In this document: positions 30,218-37,945 of the stretch, in pieces | Position numbering within the stretch: the stretch's first letter is position 1 | Layout: each line of letters begins with the position of its first letter | The notes under the pieces: model-generated | What the model was told of the DNA's origin: nothing | Seen by the model: only the letters and a program-made list of their open reading frames with translations | Database searches by the model: none | Made by a program: the position numbers and the translations under genes | IMG/VR virus record: IMGVR_UViG_3300032223_002826 | Location: 1 to 53,581 of that record | Direction: 5' to 3' (one strand) | Source of the DNA: a virus | Taxonomy: Duplodnaviria; Caudoviricetes | Length of the DNA: 53,581 nucleotides

Positions 30218-30265
30218 TGTTGAGGAAGCGGCGCCAAATCGCCGCATCGGATCGGAGGTCTCGCA

Positions 30266-30643
30266 ATGGCTAGGACAGCACGAACACTCGTCAAGCAGCA
30301 CACTCTGGTTGCAACCACATATGAGGCAGCGGTTCTCGCCGCAACTATTGCCCCCTACGGGGCAAATGCGATTGCCCTTGACACTGATGGGGTAATCGCC
30401 GCAGTAGTCTATAAGACTACTTGCGGTTGGCAGATTGAGCGTTCCGCCGATTGCCCTTGGGCAATCCGTGGTCTTGTGATGCAGTTTACTGCATCACATA
30501 TGCTCATGAAGGATGCGATTCGCCGCCTTCGCCAGATTCAGCGCCTCGCCGTTGCAGATCCTAATGAGGATCTGCATGAGTACGAGGAGGATGAGACCAA
30601 TACCTATAAGGTATTGTGCAACAAGTGCAACCAGTATGCCTGA
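30266..30643 (+). CDS. early hypothetical protein with C-terminal Cys/His motif
   Basis: GGAGG RBS; 125 aa. Confidence 0.75.
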   Translation: MARTARTLVKQHTLVATTYEAAVLAATIAPYGANAIALDTDGVIAAVVYKTTCGWQIERSADCPWAIRGLVMQFTASHMLMKDAIRRLRQIQRLAVADPNEDLHEYEEDETNTYKVLCNKCNQYA

Positions 30644-30707
30644 TCCCTTTGGGATCAGATACAATCGCCCCTCCCCTTCGGGGGAGGGGCAAGCAGGAGG
30701 TGTAAAC

Positions 30708-31085
30708 ATGGCGGAATCCCTTCGGGATTATGTTCTTGCAAACGGCGGTGCAACTATTCTCCTTGAGAATAGTTCGCCATACACTGCAGAAAACGGCTAC
30801 GCCGTTGGCGTTGCGACTGGCACATACTTTCGGGTACCAGTTGCTACAGCAACTGCAGAGCAACTTGGAGCGCTTGTGAATAATATCAAGGATATTATTC
30901 ATCTAGGCGGCACGATTCTTGACGAAGCCAACGCAGTTGGCTTTTGGGTGAATGATGGATGGATCCACATTGACCCAGTGCAGATCGTCCCTTCGGGACG
31001 AGACGCCATCAACCTAGGGTATGAGCGAAAGCAGGAAGCGATCTATGACTTCCGTAGGAAGTCAGAAATCTTCTTGCCCCGCTAA
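30708..31085 (+). CDS. early hypothetical protein
   Basis: AGGAGG RBS, start MAESLRDY; GFW..DG.I.ID...A...G..RKQEAIYD. Confidence 0.8.
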   Translation: MAESLRDYVLANGGATILLENSSPYTAENGYAVGVATGTYFRVPVATATAEQLGALVNNIKDIIHLGGTILDEANAVGFWVNDGWIHIDPVQIVPSGRDAINLGYERKQEAIYDFRRKSEIFLPR

Positions 31086-31105
31086 TCCCAAAGGGATTAC
31101 CAAAG

Positions 31106-31129
31106 CCCCGCCCTCTTCGGAGGGCGGGG
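31106..31129 (+). terminator. UUCG hairpin at operon end
   Basis: CCCCGCCCTC-TTCG-GAGGGCGGGG; no U-tract. Confidence 0.5.
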
Positions 31130-31353
31130 TGAGCACATATATGTAGAGGTGTGTGCATACACCTAGCCGTATGCACACACTCCTGCAGATATGCAGGCGC
31201 ACACACATACACGCGTGCGGGCGCGCACGCACGCACACACGCGTACATACGCGCGTAAAAACCTCTCCAAAAAAACAAAGTTTTTTTAGTAGGGGCAGTG
31301 CTAGTAGCGACGCGGATCGGAAGCAATCCCTAAAGGGATTGGGAAGGAGAAAC

Positions 31354-31644
31354 ATGCAGAAAAACGATCACAGTCAGGTAGGTTATACGCAGGAGCAAAT
31401 CAATAAGTTCATGGAAATGCATACCCTTGTCGTAGACAAGGAAGCGATGCAGGCTCTTCGTGATGAAGTCAAATGGCTTCGTGAGGTGATCGCCAATCTC
31501 CGTAAGGAGATTGATAACCTCCAAGCAGAGAAGTTGCCTATGGCAACTTGTGCCGCTTGCCACGAAGACTTTCCACATAACAAAGTTATGTGGGTCGCCA
31601 ATCGCTACGAATGCGAATGGTGCTACGAGCGCTTGTCCATATGA
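31354..31644 (+). CDS. coiled-coil plus zinc-finger protein
   Basis: AAGGAG RBS; heptad stretch; CAAC...CEWC. Confidence 0.75.
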   Translation: MQKNDHSQVGYTQEQINKFMEMHTLVVDKEAMQALRDEVKWLREVIANLRKEIDNLQAEKLPMATCAACHEDFPHNKVMWVANRYECEWCYERLSI

Positions 31645-31651
31645 GCGCACA

Positions 31652-31732
31652 CTTGTCAAGACTAAAACCCTACGGGTTTTACCTATACGAAGTATAGGTC
31701 GTCTTGACAAGCGGGAAGGGTTGCCGTACCTT
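31652..31732 (+). promoter_or_regulatory. T-shaped palindromic element B plus promoter (TTGACA 31704, 17 nt, TACCTT)
   Basis: 11-bp outer arms enclosing two 19-nt triloop hairpins. Confidence 0.8.
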
Positions 31733-31802
31733 GGAAATCGTCAAGCCGCCGACGGCAAACGGCGGAGATCGGTAAGTGCCCTAAAGGGCAAGGAGGTCGC
31801 TC

Positions 31803-32297
31803 ATGTCGCTCAACTGGAATGTTGCAAAGGTAGCAGACGGAGTCTGCTGGGAGCCTAAGTTTGACAGCAAGGGCAACCCCGTCATCGGAGATGACGGCAA
31901 GCAGGTTGAGACTATGCGTTGGGAAACGGATGCGCTCATCTGGCAGACGATGATAATCGGGCTCAACAACATTACCGAAGGTAATGTGGATGAATGGGTC
32001 TACCGATTGTCGCTTCTCGCGGTGTTGGACAACGGAGTTGGGACTCGCTTTGTTGATGACAAATGGGTTCGGACTTATCTGACGGAGTCAGATGTTCGCC
32101 GCCACATTGGGCTCTATACGAATGCGACGCAGCAAACTCGTAAAGAGTTTGAGAAGCGATTCCTTGAGTGGGTTCACGAAAGGGGTATCGGCACCCTTCG
32201 GGATGCCGAAGAGGATCAGGCAGACTTTGAGCAGCGCCACACCTATGTCGTAGACAAGGGATGGTACTCGGTTGAGAAGTTGGCGGAAGCAATCTAG
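31803..32297 (+). CDS. early hypothetical protein
   Basis: AGGAGG RBS; 164 aa. Confidence 0.8.
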   Translation: MSLNWNVAKVADGVCWEPKFDSKGNPVIGDDGKQVETMRWETDALIWQTMIIGLNNITEGNVDEWVYRLSLLAVLDNGVGTRFVDDKWVRTYLTESDVRRHIGLYTNATQQTRKEFEKRFLEWVHERGIGTLRDAEEDQADFEQRHTYVVDKGWYSVEKLAEAI

Positions 32298-32327
32298 CAA
32301 TGCCCCTTCGGGGCAAGGAGGTACAAC

Positions 32328-32882
32328 ATGACGGACACTGAAGTTCTACACCCTGAAGGGTGTAAGGTAGACGGCGCAACTTGTATCTCATGCAATGAGC
32401 ATGAGTGCGACACCTCTAGCACGGATTGGCAGTATGCCAATCGTCAAGAAGGTTGGCTCTGCTACTCCTGCTATTGCTCCGACACTGAACATGGTTCAGT
32501 GATCACGACGATTGAGCAGGACGGGACGGAGTCCCGTACGCTTATCGGGGATTATGTGGCGATGGACGCGGAGTTTGGCGACTTCGTGAATAGCGAGAAT
32601 GTGGTTCGCGAATACCATCGTACCGATGGTTGGCGAGGACACTACTGCACAACCCTAAAGGGTTGGACGGAAGTTGAGGATGGCGTTGCCCTTGCTGGCA
32701 TGCCGACTCCTGCTACTGATCTTGCAAGCAAGATCAAGGATGCACAAGAGGAGGGTTTCTTGCCTTGCAAGATTGCCATCATCTCCGATCCTACGAGCAA
32801 TGTGTTCTCGGTTGGCGTGTCCTTCTTCGTAGAAGAAGGCAATGAGGAAGTGTTTACCCAATGGGTAAAGGAGGTTGCATGA
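32328..32882 (+). CDS. early hypothetical protein with Cys-rich N-terminus
   Basis: AGGAGG RBS; CISC...CYSC. Confidence 0.8.
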   Translation: MTDTEVLHPEGCKVDGATCISCNEHECDTSSTDWQYANRQEGWLCYSCYCSDTEHGSVITTIEQDGTESRTLIGDYVAMDAEFGDFVNSENVVREYHRTDGWRGHYCTTLKGWTEVEDGVALAGMPTPATDLASKIKDAQEEGFLPCKIAIISDPTSNVFSVGVSFFVEEGNEEVFTQWVKEVA

Positions 32883-33094
32883 GCAAGGTTTTGTGCCATC
32901 GTTGCAATAAAACGATCCGTAAGGATCGTGTCTTCATGCTGTTGTTCACCCCATTCCATAAGGAATGTGCCATGATCTTCGGCGGGATGATGATTATGGC
33001 AACTCCCGATCCTATAGATCGGGATATTCTTACCCGTATTGTGTACGGCGACAAAGTCGCCGACAACATCAAAAACAAGGAGGTGCAAGCATGA
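32879..33094 (+). CDS. small zinc-binding protein
   Basis: ATGA coupling; CHRC...HKEC. Confidence 0.7.
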   Translation: MSKVLCHRCNKTIRKDRVFMLLFTPFHKECAMIFGGMMIMATPDPIDRDILTRIVYGDKVADNIKNKEVQA

Positions 33095-33354
33095 ATCGGA
33101 TCGCTATCATCATTCTGATGATTATGGCTGCTTTTGTTGGGTTCTTTTTGCCGCCATCAGCCGCCGTTGAGACGCTTCTCAACGGCGAACACTTCCGACA
33201 AAACTACCCTGATGGTAGTTTTATGGTTGGTGTTATCTACTACGACGAAGTCGTAGGGGATCGTTGCGCAATGGGAACAATGCACACCGCTGATGGCAAG
33301 GTTTACAACCTTGACAAGTGGTGCGGCGATGACCTACTCCCCGTTGGGGAGTAG
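33091..33354 (+). CDS. small membrane-anchored or secreted protein
   Basis: AGGAGG RBS; hydrophobic N-terminus MNRIAIIILMIMAAFVGFFL. Confidence 0.7.
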   Translation: MNRIAIIILMIMAAFVGFFLPPSAAVETLLNGEHFRQNYPDGSFMVGVIYYDEVVGDRCAMGTMHTADGKVYNLDKWCGDDLLPVGE

Positions 33355-33557
33355 CGCTTTGCTCACACCCCTGCCCTCTATGTGAGGGTAGGAGCGTGTG
33401 CAATCGCACATGGTGTATGTATATGCATACGCACATATACACATGGGCGCGCGTATACGCACGCGCTCGCTCGCGCACATATACGCGCGGGAAAAAGTTG
33501 GAAAACCAACTAGCATGACGGCATAGGTTAGCGACGCGTAAGAAAAGCGACGCAGCC

Positions 33558-33605
33558 CAATCCCCCTAAAGGGGGTTGACAACCAGTTTTTTGAGATGCT
33601 ATCAT
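33558..33605 (+). promoter_or_regulatory. sigma70-type promoter with hairpin at -35
   Basis: CCCCC-TAAA-GGGGG, TTGACA 33576, 18 nt, TGn-TATCAT. Confidence 0.85.
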
Positions 33606-33651
33606 GTATATAGGCGAGGGAAGTCCCCTTGGCAGATCGGGAGGTGCAAAC

Positions 33652-34074
33652 ATGAAGGTTCTGAAGGTATCGCTAAGCAACGAGGATGTTGCAGGCATTA
33701 TTCATACCGCCGTTGAGGGTGGTACGAACTACTGGGGCGAAGTGCGCGGCTACAAGTGGACGACTTGGTATGAACCAGACCCCGAAAAGTCGTACGACGA
33801 CGAGTATGGATCGTACAAGGCGGAGCGTGTCAAGGGTCTCCCCAAAGACTTTGTCTTTGTTGAGATTCGCGAGGATGAGGATCTTACTGATCCTGAACGC
33901 AAACCGAATACTTGGTTCCCTCTTACAAGGGAAGCGATTGAGCGAGGAGTTTGCATGGTTCTTGAGAACCATGGGCACCTTATCAACATTCGGGATGGCG
34001 AGATTGACACTGATGCCTACGGCGCCGATGCCATCGTTCAGATGGCAGTGTTCGGTGAACTCGTCTATGGGTGA
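33652..34074 (+). CDS. early hypothetical protein
   Basis: GGAGG RBS; EGGTNYW and DA..ADAIVQ.AVFGELVYG. Confidence 0.8.
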   Translation: MKVLKVSLSNEDVAGIIHTAVEGGTNYWGEVRGYKWTTWYEPDPEKSYDDEYGSYKAERVKGLPKDFVFVEIREDEDLTDPERKPNTWFPLTREAIERGVCMVLENHGHLINIRDGEIDTDAYGADAIVQMAVFGELVYG

Positions 34075-34243
34075 GCGATGGGAGCAGCGAGCGGCGGCGC
34101 GAGATGCCAAGCGCCGTCGCCGCAACAATCCGATGGACACCTTCTATCAGAAGGTATGGCACGATATTGATCGGCTACGAGCCGATCGCAACAAGGAGGT
34201 GCGACATGATCGTAAGGGCACACGCTCGTCAACGACTCGCTGA
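34067..34243 (+). CDS. possible small Arg-rich protein
   Basis: fills the gap between two genes; weak RBS. Confidence 0.35.
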   Translation: MGERWEQRAAARDAKRRRRNNPMDTFYQKVWHDIDRLRADRNKEVRHDRKGTRSSTTR

Positions 34244-34514
34244 GCGTCTATCTGCTGCAGAGCAGCAGCAGGCTATCAGTCATGCTGCTCAGATCGCCCC
34301 TTCCGTAAGGAAGGGAGATGGAGTGGCAGCCGTGCTTCTCCGACTGGAGAAGCGACGCAACAATGGCAAGCGCTCCGTTTCTAACGGAGACATGGTTGTC
34401 GGCATCATTCGGGATGGCGAACTTATCACCATCATGATGCGCCGCGCTAGTCAGGTATTGGACGCAGCGACGCTACGCGTTCAGCAAGTGGTTGATGCAA
34501 CATTGGCGGCATGA
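34206..34514 (+). CDS. HAxxRxxER-motif protein (possible RelE/DUF4258-like fold)
   Basis: AGGAGG RBS; HARQRLAER...VVGIIRDGELITIM. Confidence 0.6.
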   Translation: MIVRAHARQRLAERLSAAEQQQAISHAAQIAPSVRKGDGVAAVLLRLEKRRNNGKRSVSNGDMVVGIIRDGELITIMMRRASQVLDAATLRVQQVVDATLAA

Positions 34515-34518
34515 AAAC

Positions 34519-34567
34519 CAATCCCCCACAAGGGGGGTTGACAAGCCGAAAAACGGCAGGTTATCAT
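34519..34567 (+). promoter_or_regulatory. sigma70-type promoter with hairpin at -35
   Basis: TTGACA 34538, 18 nt, TATCAT 34562. Confidence 0.85.
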
Positions 34568-34573
34568 GTATAT

Positions 34574-34890
34574 ACACGAGACGGCTTCATCGGCTGTCTC
34601 GGATCGGCTCGGTACCAACAGGTTCCTAGGACTGCTGTTGGACTGAGCACGGGGTGAGATTGGACGAGCGAGCGATCCGCAGCCCTAAGTGCGGAAGAGA
34701 GGCATGGCAGAGCGATGGCAACTAGGACAGACGCTGTAAGTCTGGGAGTTGTAGGTGGTTCGGTTGTAGCCGACGGGCATGACAACCGAGCAGCCAACGA
34801 GCGGCGTATCGCTACCGACGGGTGGCGATGCGTTGCTCGGATCGTGGCGGAAGGGTGCATACGAAAGTTCAGCCCCTTCCGCCACCATTG
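34574..34890 (+). ncRNA. candidate structured non-coding RNA or long leader
   Basis: directly after a promoter; at least six helices with many G-U pairs; the first strong RBS is at 34907. Confidence 0.65.
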
Positions 34891-34918
34891 TTTGGAAAAC
34901 AAAAGTAGGAGGTGCAAC

Positions 34919-35197
34919 ATGGGGTACGCAACGGCAATCGGCATAGCCGATAGTGGATTGGATTTGGATGTTCAGTTGCAGTGGCATTTCACGAGCAACT
35001 GCTACCCGCCTATTCCGCTCGGAATGATTGAGCCAGCAAAGGCAGCCATTGCGCTTGCGCAAAGTGGCGAGTCGGACAAGATGGTAGCGATGCCAGAAGG
35101 CGTTGAGCACCGAAAGTATGGGACGCAGGTTCCTGCATGGGTGCTCATTCATTCGCTGCACTTGGAAGCATTCGCAGACGCAAGCGAGGAGGAGTAA
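34919..35197 (+). CDS. early hypothetical protein
   Basis: AGGAGGTGCAAC-ATG. Confidence 0.8.
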   Translation: MGYATAIGIADSGLDLDVQLQWHFTSNCYPPIPLGMIEPAKAAIALAQSGESDKMVAMPEGVEHRKYGTQVPAWVLIHSLHLEAFADASEEE

Positions 35198-35199
35198 GC

Positions 35200-35469
35200 A
35201 TGTATAAGCATATTGGTTGCAACAGGAACATTGGCGTTGGCTTGACAGCCAAAGCGATTGTCAACCTAACGACAACCTCATATGACAAGGAAAAGTTCTG
35301 GCTTGAAGAGCCAGAAGGCATGAGCGAAGATCTCGTAGAGATCATTGGTATTTATTGCTATGAGTGCAACGAAACAATCAAGGAGATTGAACCCGTTGAC
35401 CTTCAGACCTTTGAGAGCGAGATGTCCATTGGCGCGCATAACGATGTGCTAACATGGGACGCCGACTAG
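35200..35469 (+). CDS. hypothetical protein
   Basis: GGAGGAG RBS; HIGC...CYEC. Confidence 0.7.
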   Translation: MYKHIGCNRNIGVGLTAKAIVNLTTTSYDKEKFWLEEPEGMSEDLVEIIGIYCYECNETIKEIEPVDLQTFESEMSIGAHNDVLTWDAD

Positions 35470-35481
35470 TCGGCGTTTTGC

Positions 35482-35510
35482 TTGACAAGGTTTTTGGCAG
35501 ACTGTATCAT
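35482..35510 (+). promoter_or_regulatory. sigma70-type promoter
   Basis: TTGACA, 17 nt, TATCAT; preceded by GCCGACTAGTCGGC palindrome. Confidence 0.85.
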
Positions 35511-35554
35511 ATAGGTATGCGAGGGACAATCTCTCGCCAAGTAGGAGGTGCAAC

Positions 35555-35911
35555 ATGGATCGGAAGAATGGTCGCTATCGGGTTGGTAGCGTTGGAGTTG
35601 ATGCAGGTATGGTCATGGTCGGAGACCCTTGCTACCTAGACAAGTTCACAGATCACGACTTTGACGACGCAAAGGTAGAGGCGCAAAAGGCGAATGGCAA
35701 GTACGAATACTCGTACAGCGGCGCTTGCGCCGCAACGCTATCGGACAATAGCGCAGGTGAGTTGGGTAATGCTGATGCCGTTGCGGTAAGCAGTGGGTAC
35801 GGCGACGGGGTTTACCCCGTCTTCGCAACTTACAATCATGATGGTCGTATCGTCAAGTTGGAAGTCATCTTTGATGGCGACCATGGCGACGAAGACAGCG
35901 ACGAAAAGTAA
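35555..35911 (+). CDS. DUF4241-like protein
   Basis: VGVDAG.VMVGDPCY and VSSGYGDGVYPV. Confidence 0.7.
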   Translation: MDRKNGRYRVGSVGVDAGMVMVGDPCYLDKFTDHDFDDAKVEAQKANGKYEYSYSGACAATLSDNSAGELGNADAVAVSSGYGDGVYPVFATYNHDGRIVKLEVIFDGDHGDEDSDEK

Positions 35912-35925
35912 GCAGGAGGTGCAAC

Positions 35926-36249
35926 ATGGCTAACCCAGAAGACGCAGACTACACGCCGTGCCAGAAGTGCGGCAATGAGTGGGCTGAAACACTCCATCAG
36001 GAGTGTGGCATCGTTTGTGAAGAGTGCTACAACGCATGGAAGGAGCCAGACATGGGAACAACCTATAGGGTTGTGCGAATGTACTTTGAGGATCACCCTC
36101 GCAAGGTGATTGTTGCTGGCAAGACGCTGGAGGAGGTTCAGCGCTGGTGCAGCGACCCAGACACGAGCAGCAGCACGACAACGAGCGAAGCAGGAAAAGC
36201 CCATACTGAAAAGTATGGGGCATGGTTTGACGGATACGAGGAGGAATAG
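35926..36249 (+). CDS. hypothetical protein with N-terminal zinc finger
   Basis: AGGAGG RBS; CQKC..CEEC; TLEEVQRWC.DP.TSS. Confidence 0.75.
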   Translation: MANPEDADYTPCQKCGNEWAETLHQECGIVCEECYNAWKEPDMGTTYRVVRMYFEDHPRKVIVAGKTLEEVQRWCSDPDTSSSTTTSEAGKAHTEKYGAWFDGYEEE

Positions 36250-36251
36250 GA

Positions 36252-36542
36252 ATGTCGGCGGATATCAATCAAAAACGCTTCCTTGTGAAGTATCACACAA
36301 TGGTTGTCAAGCATCTGCTCGTTTGGGCGGATGACGAAAGCGATGCAGAGGGGCGCCTCATGACCACGGATTCGGAGTTGTTTTTCTCCCCTTCTGGGGA
36401 GGAAGATCTTCGTGCCCTTGGCATTGAGGTGCTCGGCGACGAACCCGCTGGTCATGGGTACGCAGAAGCGATATCCCTTGGCGAGGTTGACGAAAAAAAG
36501 TCAGTTGACAGCAATACGATTGTGGTCAAGGAGGGCGAGTGA
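36252..36542 (+). CDS. hypothetical protein
   Basis: operonic 96-aa ORF. Confidence 0.65.
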   Translation: MSADINQKRFLVKYHTMVVKHLLVWADDESDAEGRLMTTDSELFFSPSGEEDLRALGIEVLGDEPAGHGYAEAISLGEVDEKKSVDSNTIVVKEGE

Positions 36543-36787
36543 ACAGGCTCACATTGGACGGACAGAACAGCGTGCAGGTCATGGGCTTCACAGCCCATGA
36601 TGTGCAGGAACTTGCATACGAGGCAGGCTATGAGATCAGCCGCGAAGAAGCGAACGCGTTTCTTGCGCAGCATTCCATAAAGTTTCGCAACAAGATGGTG
36701 GAGTTCGGCAACGAACTCCTTGAGCAGATGATGTTTGGCGGCGAGCCGAACGATTTGACAGCAGCAAAGCAGGCTGCTAATATGTAG
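36539..36787 (+). CDS. hypothetical protein
   Basis: GTGA coupling, AGGAGG RBS. Confidence 0.7.
   Translation: MNRLTLDGQNSVQVMGFTAHDVQELAYEAGYEISREEANAFLAQHSIKFRNKMVEFGNELLEQMMFGGEPNDLTAAKQAANM
36755..36783 (+). promoter_or_regulatory. sigma70-type promoter
   Basis: TTGACA, 17 nt, TGn-TAATAT. Confidence 0.75.
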
Positions 36788-36826
36788 GTATCATGCATTT
36801 GCATGAGTAAGCATAGGAGGTGTGTT

Positions 36827-37300
36827 ATGGCAGGCGAATGGAAGAATATCCACGATGAGTCGCCACGGGGCGATATTACGATTTCGGTGCTTGCGACAAC
36901 CGTGGATGAGGATGAGTCGGACTACTGGTCAAACAACTACAATGTGTTGTTTGAGCGCAACTATCAGGGGATTGTATACTCGTACCATCTTACGATGGAG
37001 GATGCAATCAAGAACGAGCGCCCAGTGTTTGAGCAGTGCTATTACTATGACCTCTGGCTCTACGAGGGAGAGCCTTCGGCTAACATCGGCAGCAATCGCA
37101 ACAAGTATCTTGATGCGATTCATAAGTGCGGTGTTGAAGATGGCAACCCTAAGTCCTACGGACTTATCTCGCACGATTGCAAGGATTGCGCCTTGGCAAT
37201 CTGGTGGGAAGAGTACCAAGACGGCAATGCATCCTATGAGGATGCAGAAAAGTATATGGACGAGCATAAGTATGCTCTTCTCAAGGAGGTGCAATCATGA
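36827..37300 (+). CDS. acidic Tyr-rich hypothetical protein
   Basis: AGGAGG RBS, start MAGEWKN. Confidence 0.75.
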   Translation: MAGEWKNIHDESPRGDITISVLATTVDEDESDYWSNNYNVLFERNYQGIVYSYHLTMEDAIKNERPVFEQCYYYDLWLYEGEPSANIGSNRNKYLDAIHKCGVEDGNPKSYGLISHDCKDCALAIWWEEYQDGNASYEDAEKYMDEHKYALLKEVQS

Positions 37301-37554
37301 CGATCCTAACGAACGAACAGGTTCAGCGACGGTCTGAGCAGTTAGCGCTCGGCTTTGCGCTCACGGATTGGGGAGACCTAACCTATGAGCAGGCAATCAG
37401 CGCATTGGAAGCCGCAGGCAATGACAGTTTTGCGTTTCCCGATCCGATTGTGCCATGGGAGGCATTTGAGCATTGGAGCCCGCAATCGGTAGCCAACGAG
37501 ATTGATGGCATGCGAGCCGCAATCTATCTGGCTTTCAGCCAAGAAGAGGCGTAG
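37297..37554 (+). CDS. acidic hypothetical protein
   Basis: ATGA coupling, AGGAGG RBS. Confidence 0.75.
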   Translation: MTILTNEQVQRRSEQLALGFALTDWGDLTYEQAISALEAAGNDSFAFPDPIVPWEAFEHWSPQSVANEIDGMRAAIYLAFSQEEA

Positions 37555-37555
37555 C

Positions 37556-37729
37556 ATGAGTGGCAAGAAAACTGAGTGGGCGGAGCAACCAGATGAGCCG
37601 CGATGTCCGAACAACACGCGACATGGCGAACTTGTGCCGCACGAAAAGGGCGGATATGTTTGCCGCGATTGTGAGTCTGCCCACACCAAGCGCTCTCGTG
37701 TAGCGTATCGCTTCTCCGTGCCTAGGTAG
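37556..37729 (+). CDS. small zinc-ribbon protein
   Basis: CP....H...YVCRDC. Confidence 0.55.
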   Translation: MSGKKTEWAEQPDEPRCPNNTRHGELVPHEKGGYVCRDCESAHTKRSRVAYRFSVPR

Positions 37730-37872
37730 GCACTCGCCCCCTCGCGGGGGCGGATCGCGTGGTGCGCGGGCACTTCCCGCACCACGCATAACGCATGCAC
37801 TCGCGCGCGTTATATTTCTTCAATCAAACGCCTCCGCTGCAAAAGTAGCGACGCGGTGTTTTGCCATGCGGT

Positions 37873-37902
37873 TTGACAGGGTTGGAGTTGGGGTGCTAAT
37901 AT
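37873..37902 (+). promoter_or_regulatory. sigma70-type promoter of ardC
   Basis: TTGACA, 18 nt, TGn-TAATAT. Confidence 0.8.
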
Positions 37903-37945
37903 GTATGAGTAGGTGCTTACCTACGCAAGAGAAGGAGGTGCTCAG

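Noticed and set aside
27001-30395. Many Arg/Ala-rich ORFs in the ORF track
   Set aside because: Products of stop-poor CGCG/RY repeats with no RBS; only 28277-28549 and the gene starting at 30266 have expression signals
30136-31732. Frpo-type ssDNA promoters, or MITEs with TG...CA ends
   Set aside because: Only the -35 is paired (no arm complementary to the -10); no clear target-site duplication or transposase
37730-37795. tRNA gene
   Set aside because: Two GC hairpins, but no T-loop GTTCRA or acceptor stem; no tRNA recognised anywhere by eye
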